Shown piece by piece: positions 29,764 through 40,127 of a stretch of DNA of 59,611 nt (the first letter of the stretch is position 1; each line of letters opens with the position of its first letter). This DNA is from Candidatus Heimdallarchaeota archaeon. Lineage in GTDB: Archaea; Asgardarchaeota; Heimdallarchaeia; Hodarchaeales; Hodarchaeaceae. Made by a program: the position numbers and the translations under genes. The DNA lies in NCBI GenBank assembly GCA_048881705.1, contig JBHLSH010000012.1, positions 1-59,611 of the forward strand, written 5' to 3'. Under the pieces are notes generated by a model, which was given only the letters and a program-made list of their open reading frames with translations, made no database searches and was not told the origin of the DNA.

Positions 29764-31044
29764 CTAAACGTTCAAATAGTTTATCCAGTCCCAATCGGTT
29801 ACTTGGGTAGAATATTGTTCCCATTCTCGTTTTTTAGCCTTTACAAACTCGCTGAATATATGATGACCAAGAGCTTCTCTAATGATTGTGTCTTGTTTCA
29901 AGTGGTTCACAGCCTCAAACAAATTACCAGGGAGGGTTTGGATCAATAGTTCTTGACGTTCTTCAGGAGAGAGTTTGTAAATATTTCGTGCAACAGGGGG
30001 AGCTAGTTCCAACTCACGCTCTATTCCATCAATTCCTGCCACTATAAGAGCAGCAAATGCCAAATATGGATTGGTACTTGGATCTGGACAACGATATTCA
30101 AAACGTGCCATACTCGGATTTCTAAACTCTGGTATACGAATGAGAGCTGATCGGTTTAGGGGCGCCCAGGCGACGTATACTGGAGCTTCATAACCCGGAA
30201 CTAATCGCTTATAAGAATTAATCGTGGGAGCTACAATTGCCGTTAGTGCCTGGGCATGTGCTATGATTCCAGCCATGAAATGCTGTCCTGTCTGGGATAT
30301 CTCATTAGCCTTCCCTTTACCGAACAGGTTATCCGATCCCTGCCATAATGACGTGTGAAAATGCATCCCATTCCCAGCTTTCCCATAGAAGGGTTTCGGC
30401 ATGAAGGTCGCGACATGACCATTTTTATAGGCCAGAGCACGAATCATAGCTTTATAGGTGACGATGGCATCCGCAATCCTGACCGCGTCCATAAATCCGA
30501 TTTCCACCTCGTACTGTCCTGGTCCAACCTCATGATGATGTACTCGCGGAACTAAGCCAGCTTTGTTCATATGGCGAGAAAATCTTCTAATCATTCCAGC
30601 ACTAATGCTATCAGGAAACACATCCGCATATTTCCCGTTATCTACTGACTCCCCATCCTTTAAAAGATAAAATTCTGGTTCTGGACCTATCTTTAATTTC
30701 CAACCTCTTGGTTCTAAATGTTTCCTAATTACCTTTACAAGCTGTGATCGTGTATCTCCTGCAAAGATTTTTCCAGCCTGAGTAATTTCGCACATAACCC
30801 CTAATTTGGGATCGGAAGTATACGGTAGATCAATCAAAGTTTCACTGATAGGCTTTAGATGAAGATCTGAATTTTCTAAAGGGGTAAATCCAGGTACTGA
30901 GCTGCCATCAATGTTTACACCTTCGATGAAGATCGGATCCTTTTTTACATCCTGAATATTATCAACAGGCTTTTCAAGAGGGCAATTCATTGCCTTTAGA
31001 CGGCCATTAATATCGACAAATCGGACCTCAATCATATTATACAT
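29764..31044 (-). CDS. glnA: Glutamine synthetase type I
   Basis: DGSS, GPEPEFY, HHEVGPGQYE, FMPKP..G.AGNGMH, NSYKRLVPGYEAP, NRSALIRIP, RFEYRCPDP; GGAGG RBS upstream. Confidence 0.96.
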   Translation of the reverse strand: MYNMIEVRFVDINGRLKAMNCPLEKPVDNIQDVKKDPIFIEGVNIDGSSVPGFTPLENSDLHLKPISETLIDLPYTSDPKLGVMCEITQAGKIFAGDTRSQLVKVIRKHLEPRGWKLKIGPEPEFYLLKDGESVDNGKYADVFPDSISAGMIRRFSRHMNKAGLVPRVHHHEVGPGQYEVEIGFMDAVRIADAIVTYKAMIRALAYKNGHVATFMPKPFYGKAGNGMHFHTSLWQGSDNLFGKGKANEISQTGQHFMAGIIAHAQALTAIVAPTINSYKRLVPGYEAPVYVAWAPLNRSALIRIPEFRNPSMARFEYRCPDPSTNPYLAFAALIVAGIDGIERELELAPPVARNIYKLSPEERQELLIQTLPGNLFEAVNHLKQDTIIREALGHHIFSEFVKAKKREWEQYSTQVTDWDWINYLNV

Positions 31045-31071
31045 GTGTAGAACCTCCAGAATTGAAATGTC

Positions 31072-31845
31072 TTATGAATTTACATTCTCGTGATGGAATT
31101 CGTAGATTAACTGATTTACAACCTTAAATGCGGATTGATGGACATAGTGACCAGCGTTGGAAATTATTTCCAATCGAGATTTTCCTCCCAGGTTTTCACG
31201 CAAATATCTAGAATACTTCAATGGTGTCATTTTATCATTTTCTCCACAGATAATAAGCGAAGGTATCTGGATTTGCTGAAGTTTTAATAGAACATCGAAT
31301 TGATCGCAGGCCTTGAAATCTTTTACAAGTATTTCCTTCCCGTTTCTTTCTAGTTCCTTATCATATCGCTCTTTGATTTCTGGCGTGGCGTCCTTGTCGA
31401 ACATATATTCTACAGAGACTCTCCTGTAATTCTCGAAATCCTCAGATATCAAATCGAAAAAAAGTGGCGCAACCCTAAGTTTCGCTCCTGTTGCGATTAA
31501 AACGGCCCTCTTTATACAGAACGCTTTATAGCTGAGAATTATTTGCATTGATACGGCTCCTCCCATGCTACGACCAACCAGCGTCACGTTTCGAAGATTC
31601 AAGGAAGTAATAATTTCATATACTATCTTAGCATACTCCAAAATTGAGGTCGATGAAATATCAGGGCTACCTCCATGTCCAGGAAGAGATAATGCTAGGA
31701 TCCCCCATCCAATTTGTAGAAAAAACGGTATCTGGTAATTCCATTGAGTTTTATCCTCACCTGCGCCATGTATAAACACTAAATAGGGAGCTGAAGCCAC
31801 GTTGGGATCTGGTGTAATATTATCGTATTCTAGCAGTATTGTCAT
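31072..31845 (-). CDS. Alpha/beta hydrolase
   Basis: FIHGAG, GHGGS, GRSMGG nucleophile elbow, GENDKMTP, NAGH. Confidence 0.9.
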   Translation of the reverse strand: MTILLEYDNITPDPNVASAPYLVFIHGAGEDKTQWNYQIPFFLQIGWGILALSLPGHGGSPDISSTSILEYAKIVYEIITSLNLRNVTLVGRSMGGAVSMQIILSYKAFCIKRAVLIATGAKLRVAPLFFDLISEDFENYRRVSVEYMFDKDATPEIKERYDKELERNGKEILVKDFKACDQFDVLLKLQQIQIPSLIICGENDKMTPLKYSRYLRENLGGKSRLEIISNAGHYVHQSAFKVVNQLIYEFHHENVNS

Positions 31846-31878
31846 TTTTTAAATCGACCCTAATGGCGCGTTTATCCT

Positions 31879-32691
31879 CTATGGAGCTTTGTTCAACGAC
31901 CCAGTTTTCCAATAGCTATCTCTCTTCTCAAGAAAAGCTGCCAATCCTTCTCTTCCCTCATCTGAGGTTCTTATGGCTGCGATTGCTTCGATGCAATATT
32001 TTCGGAGTGAATGGAGATCCATGACCCAATTCTGTTTTAGAAGTTTCTTGACCTCTTTTATGGCAACTGGGCCGCTTGTCAGCAAGTTATCTACGATTTC
32101 ATTTACTTTTATATCCAGATTTTTTTCATCACTAGCAAGCTCTTGGATTAGGCCTATTTCTAACGCCCTTTGAGCGGTAAAACGTTCTCCAGTAAGGAAG
32201 TACCTTCGAGCATACGAAAATCCGATTTTTTGTATCACGTAGGGGCTTATAACTGCGGGAAGAATGCCCAAATTGACTTCAGAAAAAGCAAATTTGGCTC
32301 GTACTACTGCAACTGCAATATCACACGACGAAACCAGACCGATGCCTCCCCCAATCGCGGAACCATTTATGCGGCATACCACGGGTTTCGGACTCGAATA
32401 TATGGTGTGAAAAAGGTTTTCCAATCGAGCTGCATCGTCATAGTTCTCCTGATAAGAATAATTCTGGCTCTTTTTCATATAATTAATGTCAGCACCAGCA
32501 GAAAAGGATCGTCCTTCTCCAGTTAAGATAATGATCCTAATTATCGTCTTTTCAGCAAGATCTGTGAACACCTGAGTCAATTCTTGAATCATACGAGAAT
32601 CAAAAGCATTATGGATGTCTCCCCTATTCAGTGTTATCCGAGCGATTCCCCGATCGCTAATCTTCAACTTAATTGTATCGAAAGATGTCAT
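31879..32691 (-). CDS. liuC: Enoyl-CoA hydratase/crotonase, methylglutaconyl-CoA hydratase-like
   Basis: HNAFD, FSAGADI, GSAIGGGIGL, FSEVNLGILPAVISPYV, EGREGLAAFLEKR. Start set at MTSF (32691) after a GAGGTG RBS. Confidence 0.85.
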   Translation of the reverse strand: MTSFDTIKLKISDRGIARITLNRGDIHNAFDSRMIQELTQVFTDLAEKTIIRIIILTGEGRSFSAGADINYMKKSQNYSYQENYDDAARLENLFHTIYSSPKPVVCRINGSAIGGGIGLVSSCDIAVAVVRAKFAFSEVNLGILPAVISPYVIQKIGFSYARRYFLTGERFTAQRALEIGLIQELASDEKNLDIKVNEIVDNLLTSGPVAIKEVKKLLKQNWVMDLHSLRKYCIEAIAAIRTSDEGREGLAAFLEKRDSYWKTGSLNKAP

Positions 32692-32716
32692 TTCAAAATT
32701 CCACCTCGCTGAAGAA

Positions 32717-34321
32717 TTACATGCGAAATACTCCAAATTTGGAGTCATCAATAGGAGCATTTAGCGTCGTAGAAATGGATAGAGCCAATACATTTCTGGT
32801 ATCGTGTGGTAGTATGATCCCATCATCCCACAGCCGCGCGGTGGAATAGTAAGGGCTACCTTCACGCTCATACTTGTCAATAATTGGTCTCATTATCTCT
32901 TCCCTCTCTTCTGAACTTAATTCTTTACCTTGGGATGAATATTGCATTTCCTTAACCGTTGCTAGAACTTTTGCAGCTTGGTCTCCCCCCATTACGCTTA
33001 TACGAGCATTTGGCCACATATATAGGAATCGAGGAGAGTAAGCCCGACCTGCCATCCCATAGTTACCCGCGCCATAAGACCCTCCAATAATTACTGTGAT
33101 CTTGGGAACAGTTGCATTACTTACAGCCATCACCATCTTAGCGCCATCCTTGGCTATGCCGCCTGCTTCCGCAACGCTCCCAACCACAAATCCAGTTATG
33201 TTTTGAAGGAAGATGAGCGGAATTTTCCGCTGGCAGCATAAATTTATGAAATGTGCTGCCTTCAATGCCGATTCTGAAAATAAAACTCCGTTATTTGCAA
33301 GGATTCCGACTGGATAGCCAAAAATATGGGCAAAGCCACATACCAAGGTTGTACCATAAAGGGCCTTGAATTCATGAAATCGGGATCCGTCCACCAAACG
33401 AGCTATTATCTCATGAACATCGTATATTTGCCTAGGATCTTTCGGTAATATACCATAAATCTCATGAATATCGTACAATGGATCCTCTGGGGTTTTTACA
33501 TCTAGTCTGGTTTTTGGGGGGAGGTTTAAATGATCTATAATATCACGAGTAATACGCAAAGCGTGTTCATCATTTTGGGCATAGTGATCAGAAACACCTG
33601 ATTTTCTAGTGTGGACATCAGCTCCCCCTAACTCTTCCGCGGTTACTACTTCTCCTGTTGCTGCCCGTACTAAAGGAGGTCCACCCAAAAAAATAGTACC
33701 AGTCCCCTTAACAATGATCGTTTCGTCGGACATGGCAGGTACATATGCCCCGCCAGCTGTGCACGATCCCATAACTGCGCTGATCTGTGGGATTCCCTTT
33801 GCCGACATTTGGGCTTGGTTGTAGAAGATTCTCCCAAAATGGAGCTTATCGGGAAACACATCGGCCTGCAGTGGAAGAAATGCTCCACCAGAGTCCACCA
33901 AATAAACACACGGCAAGCAATTCTCTTCCGCTATTTCTTGCGCTCTTAAATGCTTTTTAACAGTCATTGGTAGATAAGATCCGCCCTTGATAGTGGCGTC
34001 ATTGGCAACAAACATCACCTCTCTGCCAGCGACCAAACCTATTCCTGTCACAATTCCTGCATAGGGTACCTCGTCACTATACATTCCATTGGCGGCGAGG
34101 GGGCTTAGCTCCATAAAAGGTGTTTCAGGATCTAGGATCATTTGAATCCGTTGTCTAGCAAGCATCTTACCTCTATCTAGGTGTTTCTGGACATATTTCG
34201 GATTTCCCTCCCTTGCAACCTCCAATTTTTCTCTGCATTCCTCTAATAGGGTTTGATAGTACTCATAGTTTTCCTTGTATTGTTCGGATTCAACATCCGC
34301 TTTGCTCTTTAACACGACCAT
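32717..34321 (-). CDS. mccB: 3-methylcrotonyl-CoA carboxylase beta (carboxyltransferase) subunit
   Basis: [74 protein letters not shown]-terminus. Confidence 0.95.
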   Translation of the reverse strand: MVVLKSKADVESEQYKENYEYYQTLLEECREKLEVAREGNPKYVQKHLDRGKMLARQRIQMILDPETPFMELSPLAANGMYSDEVPYAGIVTGIGLVAGREVMFVANDATIKGGSYLPMTVKKHLRAQEIAEENCLPCVYLVDSGGAFLPLQADVFPDKLHFGRIFYNQAQMSAKGIPQISAVMGSCTAGGAYVPAMSDETIIVKGTGTIFLGGPPLVRAATGEVVTAEELGGADVHTRKSGVSDHYAQNDEHALRITRDIIDHLNLPPKTRLDVKTPEDPLYDIHEIYGILPKDPRQIYDVHEIIARLVDGSRFHEFKALYGTTLVCGFAHIFGYPVGILANNGVLFSESALKAAHFINLCCQRKIPLIFLQNITGFVVGSVAEAGGIAKDGAKMVMAVSNATVPKITVIIGGSYGAGNYGMAGRAYSPRFLYMWPNARISVMGGDQAAKVLATVKEMQYSSQGKELSSEEREEIMRPIIDKYEREGSPYYSTARLWDDGIILPHDTRNVLALSISTTLNAPIDDSKFGVFRM

Positions 34322-34478
34322 ATACTTACCTACCTGAATTGGGGTGAAAGATGGGAAAATCCTTGTCTGTTATGAACAAGAATATGTGGATACATGATGT
34401 CGGGGATTCTCTTTAAAATTTCTTCATGAGCGAAATCAAGAAGGAAGCTTCAGAGCTAATTTCAAGTGACCTTTAAAC

Positions 34479-35030
34479 TCAAAACATGTCTCTGGATGTT
34501 TCACCCTCTCGAAGCTCTAATTCAAGTAGTGCTACATTAGCTTCTATTTGGTCTCCCTCAGAATAAAAAATTTCTTTAACAAGTCCATGATGGGGAGCAG
34601 TGATTCTATTTTCCATCTTCATTGCTTCTATCACTATTAAATCCTGGCCTTTATGAACCGAATCCCCTTTATTAACCAATATCTTTACGATACGGCCTGG
34701 CATAGGACTAGTAAGGCTTCCTTCTTCTGTTGATTCCTCAAATTCTTCTTCTACTCCAAGAATACGGGTAAGTTCATAATCCTCTCCGTCTAGGTGGATG
34801 AACCTTACATTGCCATCTTTGGCTACTGAACATTTATATATAATATTTTCCAGGGCAAACTGAAATTGACCGGATCCTAGCATCTTGGCTGTGACCTGTA
34901 CCTCATTTTCCGTGTCTTCTCCATCCTTCCTAATTACGATGACGTAATTATCCACTTCTTTTCGAAGACGAACTTCATATTTGTGTAATCCATCATCAAA
35001 TCTGAAGAATTCACTCATAAACTTTCCCAA
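34479..35030 (-). CDS. Biotin carboxyl carrier subunit (BT beta-strands plus biotinyl domain; start may be ATG 35018)
   Basis: LTSPMPGRIV, EAMKME (biotinylated Lys). Confidence 0.93.
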   Translation of the reverse strand: MGKFMSEFFRFDDGLHKYEVRLRKEVDNYVIVIRKDGEDTENEVQVTAKMLGSGQFQFALENIIYKCSVAKDGNVRFIHLDGEDYELTRILGVEEEFEESTEEGSLTSPMPGRIVKILVNKGDSVHKGQDLIVIEAMKMENRITAPHHGLVKEIFYSEGDQIEANVALLELELREGETSRDMF

Positions 35031-35053
35031 ATATGATAATGAATCAATGGCAA

Positions 35054-36730
35054 TTATTTATTGCGTTTATAACTCCGCCAAGGCGAATTTTCGTTCGTAT
35101 TCCGCATGAAAGATGATTTTAGGTTGCCTCCCCTTCTAGGGAGAATCTTCTTGAAGGCGCTTTTTCCCTTCCCAAGGGTTCCTGATAGCTTATCCGTTAG
35201 AACTTCAAGGCTCTCACGACCCCAGGTGCCCAATCGTTGCCAAGGAGAGTGTGGATCGTCACCATTAATCAGGTTAGCAGTATTTAACTCAGTTCCAGTC
35301 CCCATAAAGGATTCCATGACTTCAAATAGTGCTGCTGCCAATATTACTTCTAAAGGAGTCGTTTGAGTCACTTGTCTTCCTTGCCATGTTTGAAAATGGG
35401 CATAAACAAAATCTGTACGGGTATTGCCCGCCAAAAAGTCTTGGTTTTCCAATACCTCCTTCAGAAAAGGTATATTTGTTGGTATACCCTGCGCTGTATA
35501 GTTTCTAAGCGCCCATTTCATTTTCTGTATAGATTCATCTCGAGTTTCGGCGTGAACAATAAGTTTGGCTATCATTGGATCATAAAATGTGGATACTTCT
35601 CCACCAGAAATTGGAATCCCCAAATCGTTTCGAATATTTACACCTACGGGAACCTGAACCTGATGAATCTTACCAGCTGAAGGCATGAATTGAGATTCTG
35701 GACGTTCCGCATATATTCTGAATTCCATGGAATGGCCACGTCCAGATACATCTTTCTGAGCGAGCTCTAGTTGCTGTCCATTGGCGATACGAATTTGCCA
35801 TTTGACAAGGTCGATTCCCGTTGTGGCTTCTGTAATGGCATGTTCAACCTGGAGTCTAGCATTGATCTCCAAAAAATAAAAGTTGTTTTCTTCGTCTAGA
35901 ATAAATTCTACCGAGCCAGCGTTCGTGTAATTGACCGCACGTGCGGCGTTGATTGCGGCCTCACCCATTTTTATTCTTAGACTTTCATCGAGCGCTGGCG
36001 AAGGCGTTTCTTCAATGATTTTTTGATGTCGACGTTGAATGGAACATTCACGCTCGTTCAAATGGATGATATTGCCAAAATGATCTCCCAGAATCTGAAA
36101 TTCAATATGACGGACGCGTTCAAGATATTTTTCTAAGAAAACGCCTCCATTGCCAAAGGCAGCTTGGGCTTCTCTACGAGCGCTATCGTAGGCCGATCCA
36201 AATTCTTTAGCAGAATTTACAATTCTCATTCCTCTTCCCCCACCTCCAGCTGTGGCCTTTATCAACAGTGGAAATCCGATTTCTTCGGCCTTTTTGAGTA
36301 GAAACTTCCTCCCCTTCTGCCCGTCATGGTATCCTGGAATGATTGGAATTCCAGCTTTTTGCATAGTGTTTTTGGCCTGGATTTTGTCTCCAACCGCGTC
36401 GATGGCATCGGGGCTTGGGCCGATCCATATAAGACCCGCAGCTTGTACTTTCTGAGCAAATTCAGCGTTTTCCGACAAAAATCCATACCCCGGGTGAATG
36501 GCTTGGGAGTCACTCTCAAGAGCGATGCCAATAATTTTCTCCATATTTAAATATGACTCTCTGGGTGTAGGATCGCCTAATGGATATGCAAAATCAGCAG
36601 CGTGAACGTGAACCGAATCCACATCTACATCAGAATATATCGCGACGGTTGAGATGCCCATTTCTTGGGCAGATGCTATAATGCGGGCCGCGATTTCTCC
36701 CCGATTTGCTATCAAAATACGATCAAACAT
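35054..36730 (-). CDS. Biotin carboxylase subunit of an acyl-CoA (methylcrotonyl-CoA) carboxylase
   Basis: ILIANRGEIA, HPGYGFLSENA, KATAGGGGRGM, RECSIQRRHQK, EINARLQVEH, YDPMIAKL; no biotinyl domain. Confidence 0.95.
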   Translation of the reverse strand: MFDRILIANRGEIAARIIASAQEMGISTVAIYSDVDVDSVHVHAADFAYPLGDPTPRESYLNMEKIIGIALESDSQAIHPGYGFLSENAEFAQKVQAAGLIWIGPSPDAIDAVGDKIQAKNTMQKAGIPIIPGYHDGQKGRKFLLKKAEEIGFPLLIKATAGGGGRGMRIVNSAKEFGSAYDSARREAQAAFGNGGVFLEKYLERVRHIEFQILGDHFGNIIHLNERECSIQRRHQKIIEETPSPALDESLRIKMGEAAINAARAVNYTNAGSVEFILDEENNFYFLEINARLQVEHAITEATTGIDLVKWQIRIANGQQLELAQKDVSGRGHSMEFRIYAERPESQFMPSAGKIHQVQVPVGVNIRNDLGIPISGGEVSTFYDPMIAKLIVHAETRDESIQKMKWALRNYTAQGIPTNIPFLKEVLENQDFLAGNTRTDFVYAHFQTWQGRQVTQTTPLEVILAAALFEVMESFMGTGTELNTANLINGDDPHSPWQRLGTWGRESLEVLTDKLSGTLGKGKSAFKKILPRRGGNLKSSFMRNTNENSPWRSYKRNK

Positions 36731-36979
36731 GAGGATCCCACAAGTGGAGACGATATTGGTGTTTATTGCTCTTCATCGGAACTTTGTTTGATAGCGCAAG
36801 AACCGATAGAACATTTATGCAGGTAAATTCAAAGAAATGAATTGCCTGGCGCCTCTCTGCTATCCTCGTTTTCCTTAAAAACTCTTGCTCATATAATGCC
36901 GATGGCGTCCTTAGATTCATTTTATGTTTACAAAACGATTTCACAAGGATCGTGGAACAGAAATAATAGCGAAAAACGG

Positions 36980-38008
36980 TTATTTTAGATCACCGAAAAG
37001 CATATTTCGACTGATCCGGATAGATTCACCCCGTTGGCGCATTCGGGTAAAACCGCCCTCAATCCAATCCTTCGCTTCTTCCGGTCGCCCCATTTTTCGA
37101 TATATGGATCCAATGGTAAGATATAGTATAGAGTCATCCTTTAATCGGTTTGCACGAAGGTAATAACTGATTGCTTTTTCAAATTCGGCATTTTGTTGTG
37201 AGGAAAGAGCTTTCCAGTAAAAAAGATTTCCCATTCTTACGAGGACAGATATATCGACGATCTCACGGAGTGTGATTTCATCTTCTCCGTCCAATCGAGC
37301 CAAACTCTTTTCGTAGCTCTTAATCAGCGGGAAAATCGTGAGGTAATCTGAAGGTTTTATCTGGGGACGCATGTAGAAGCTGCCCTCTCGAACCGGCGTA
37401 TCGGTGAACACCATGTATTCATCAAGTTTTTTTGCCAGTGCAGTTTGTACCTGTGTTACATCACGAATCAGACTTGTAAGATGCTGTTGACGGAGCTGTT
37501 CCTCCCGAAAACGAGCCATTTCTTCCGCAGAAACCGCTGGTGATCCTTTATCGAATATTTTTTTTCCTTCTGAAGAAATTTTATCCTCGACAAAGGTATA
37601 AACTTGCTCGAGCAGCTCTGGGGTTAAATCCTCCTGTGCACTCAAGGTTTCTACAGCATTCCCAAGAATCTGCTCAATGATTTCATATTGTGAAAGCACT
37701 TGAGCCTTATTTTCCTTTTTGAATAACAAAAATAGAGTACAGTAGCGTCCGTGCTCTCTAATTCTGGGATCATCGGATTTTGCACCAGATATTACAAAAG
37801 GATAAGCTAAAGCAAGTTCCTTACGCCCTGGAACTGGAAAGGAACCATGTAGTTGATTGAGTTGATCTCTACTCTCACCCAATCCGAGTGCAGTGAGAAG
37901 AGATATAGCTAGTTTCATCGCGGTCGTTTCATCCAATTTGGTTAGATTTATTTCGGGGGAGGGACCCGTATCTGACATAACTGATAGGAGTATACCTTCA
38001 AATAGCAA
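36980..38008 (-). CDS. Longin/uDENN-like N-terminal domain plus helical linker plus TPR motifs
   Basis: N-terminus GILLSVMSDTGPSP (uDENN/NPR2-type hhhS.F...GP start), SDDPRI loop; C-terminal TPR-like helices MGNLFY...AISYYLRA and IGSIYRKMGRPEEA. Confidence 0.6.
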   Translation of the reverse strand: MLFEGILLSVMSDTGPSPEINLTKLDETTAMKLAISLLTALGLGESRDQLNQLHGSFPVPGRKELALAYPFVISGAKSDDPRIREHGRYCTLFLLFKKENKAQVLSQYEIIEQILGNAVETLSAQEDLTPELLEQVYTFVEDKISSEGKKIFDKGSPAVSAEEMARFREEQLRQQHLTSLIRDVTQVQTALAKKLDEYMVFTDTPVREGSFYMRPQIKPSDYLTIFPLIKSYEKSLARLDGEDEITLREIVDISVLVRMGNLFYWKALSSQQNAEFEKAISYYLRANRLKDDSILYLTIGSIYRKMGRPEEAKDWIEGGFTRMRQRGESIRISRNMLFGDLK

Positions 38009-38219
38009 CTCTTTTACACCAAACGACCGCTACTGAAATCTCGGACTCAATTAGACCCCTTTCTTTGAGATTACAACTGTTGGACGTTGCGGAGTGACCC
38101 CATATACTGGAGAATATAAAATGTTTGTCATTCTTCTCTTGGTCATGCTAGACGGTTTCCTGTTAAAGCTTGGTCACTAGCTATTTAGAACGGAGACAAA
38201 TCCGTGAAAAGGACGAAAA

Positions 38220-39800
38220 TTAACCTTTGATCCTCTTTTTCACTGTCTGGCGAGGAGGACTGGGGAGTTCTTGTTCTGCCTCAACAATACGTTTTCGAGA
38301 GAATTCGTGAAGCGCAATATTAAGCTTGGTTTCATCCGGGGTGATCTTTTTGTAACGTTCAAGAGTGGGAGAGTAAATTGAACGCACATTCAGCTGATAT
38401 TTTGTTAAAAGCGCCCATGAATTGCGAACTGCAAGTAGATCGTAGAGATAATAGGAAGAATCCAACAATTCAACCACTAGTCTTAAAGTGGGGATATCTA
38501 GCTGATATACTTCTTTACGGCTTAATATTTCAAACAGTATCTGTAAAAGCTCTATTATTCCATCTAGATTTTCTTGAGAAGGCTCAGTTCTGATTTCAGA
38601 ATCGAAGTACGCGCTCATCAAATTCATTTCGCTCGTGAGCCGCTCTAGCTGATATTTTAGTAGCTTAGTTGTCCTCACGAATTTCCTTTTGTCCAGTTTT
38701 TTGATAAGAATACTTATTGTCCTAAGGGAGGCCTCAGGTTTGGTTTTCCTTAGGCCGAGTCGGCGAATGAAACGGGCAATTTTCCCTGTAACACGAAGCT
38801 GGCCAGCCATCTCTCGCGTAGTATTGACTCCACGTTTTTGATGTGCCTCTAAAACTTCTATGACGAATTGGGGGTCAATATCACCAGCCTGATTTAACTG
38901 GGTCAATAAGAAATAAGATTCTATCATCCTTGTGGGATCATCCACTTGCTGCACACCTCTACGTAAGAAGGTTCCAAGTAAAATTTGATCACTTCTCGAG
39001 AGATTATTTAATTTCCCTAATCGATGAACCAAGAAACTAAAGGATACGACTGCATCTTCAATCGTTTTTGTGTTTAATCCGTCTGATATCAATTTAAAAA
39101 CAAATTCTGACACTACATCTTCTAACTGCTTATTAGATCCAGTTAAAAGTGCCGAAATTTCCATTAAAGTATTTAAGCTATTAATTTCTTCCGGTGTATG
39201 TGTAAATCGCCTAACAAGACGGCTAATCTCTGTATCGGCCACTCTATTGATTCTTTGGATGAATTTGACGCTTTCAATAGCCTTTGCGGCCTCCTTTGAA
39301 ATCACCTGATCTTCTGTGAGTTCTTTTAATACGAGCTGGGATTCCTCCTTTCCTACAATAGCACCTTCAAGAAGGCCCGTTAAAAGAGACTCTGGTATAT
39401 CATCCTCTTCAAGATTACTTTTGCTGATTCTAAATGCGAGAGGAATAGAAATCTTCTCCAACAAGGTTTCTACATTATCCAGTTTATCTAATATTACCTG
39501 ATGATCATCCGAAAGGGTTTGAATGCTGTTAACTATCAGTTGATCCACATCAACTTTTCTGGGCAAGTAGGCAGATAGCTCTTCATGGACAATTTCACGC
39601 ACTCCTTCCATATTAACATCAGATAGTTTTTCTTTTAGGAAGTTTTTCCCATATTTCTTTTCTAGCTTTGTGTCGATCCGTTTTACTAGATATGATCTGG
39701 CTAATGATTTCTTTGCCATATTGGCGGTACTGTCTAAAATTATTTGCTTTATCAGAGCTGCTACCGTTAAACCTGCGAATGCGATGAGAGGAGGTATCAA
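38220..39800 (-). CDS. Large predominantly alpha-helical hypothetical protein
   Basis: 526-aa ORF rich in L/E/K/I, with a hydrophobic N-terminal helix and no catalytic motif recognised. Confidence 0.75.
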   Translation of the reverse strand: MIPPLIAFAGLTVAALIKQIILDSTANMAKKSLARSYLVKRIDTKLEKKYGKNFLKEKLSDVNMEGVREIVHEELSAYLPRKVDVDQLIVNSIQTLSDDHQVILDKLDNVETLLEKISIPLAFRISKSNLEEDDIPESLLTGLLEGAIVGKEESQLVLKELTEDQVISKEAAKAIESVKFIQRINRVADTEISRLVRRFTHTPEEINSLNTLMEISALLTGSNKQLEDVVSEFVFKLISDGLNTKTIEDAVVSFSFLVHRLGKLNNLSRSDQILLGTFLRRGVQQVDDPTRMIESYFLLTQLNQAGDIDPQFVIEVLEAHQKRGVNTTREMAGQLRVTGKIARFIRRLGLRKTKPEASLRTISILIKKLDKRKFVRTTKLLKYQLERLTSEMNLMSAYFDSEIRTEPSQENLDGIIELLQILFEILSRKEVYQLDIPTLRLVVELLDSSYYLYDLLAVRNSWALLTKYQLNVRSIYSPTLERYKKITPDETKLNIALHEFSRKRIVEAEQELPSPPRQTVKKRIKG

Positions 39801-40127
39801 TATTGGTCACTGGGGGGATTTTATTTCAATTTTCAAGGCCTAAGTGATATGAAAACCAATTTTGTTGTCGAACGCCAAACTAGAACTCCCTGCATATGTA
39901 ATGAGTGGAAGATCTGACATGTTTCGCTGCTTAATCTGTGATTAGGTTTCTTTTAAAAACTATCCAAAAAGGTAGACGCACAGAGTAAAGATTTTTCAGA
40001 AGTGCACAAACGAAGCACGTTTATAAAAAAAAGGGCTTTAACTCTGAGATAACGTTTTTCAACTTTTTACGACTGGTCTATACTTTGAGAGCACTTTCTT
40101 CTACCTACCACGTGAAAAGAAGATTAA

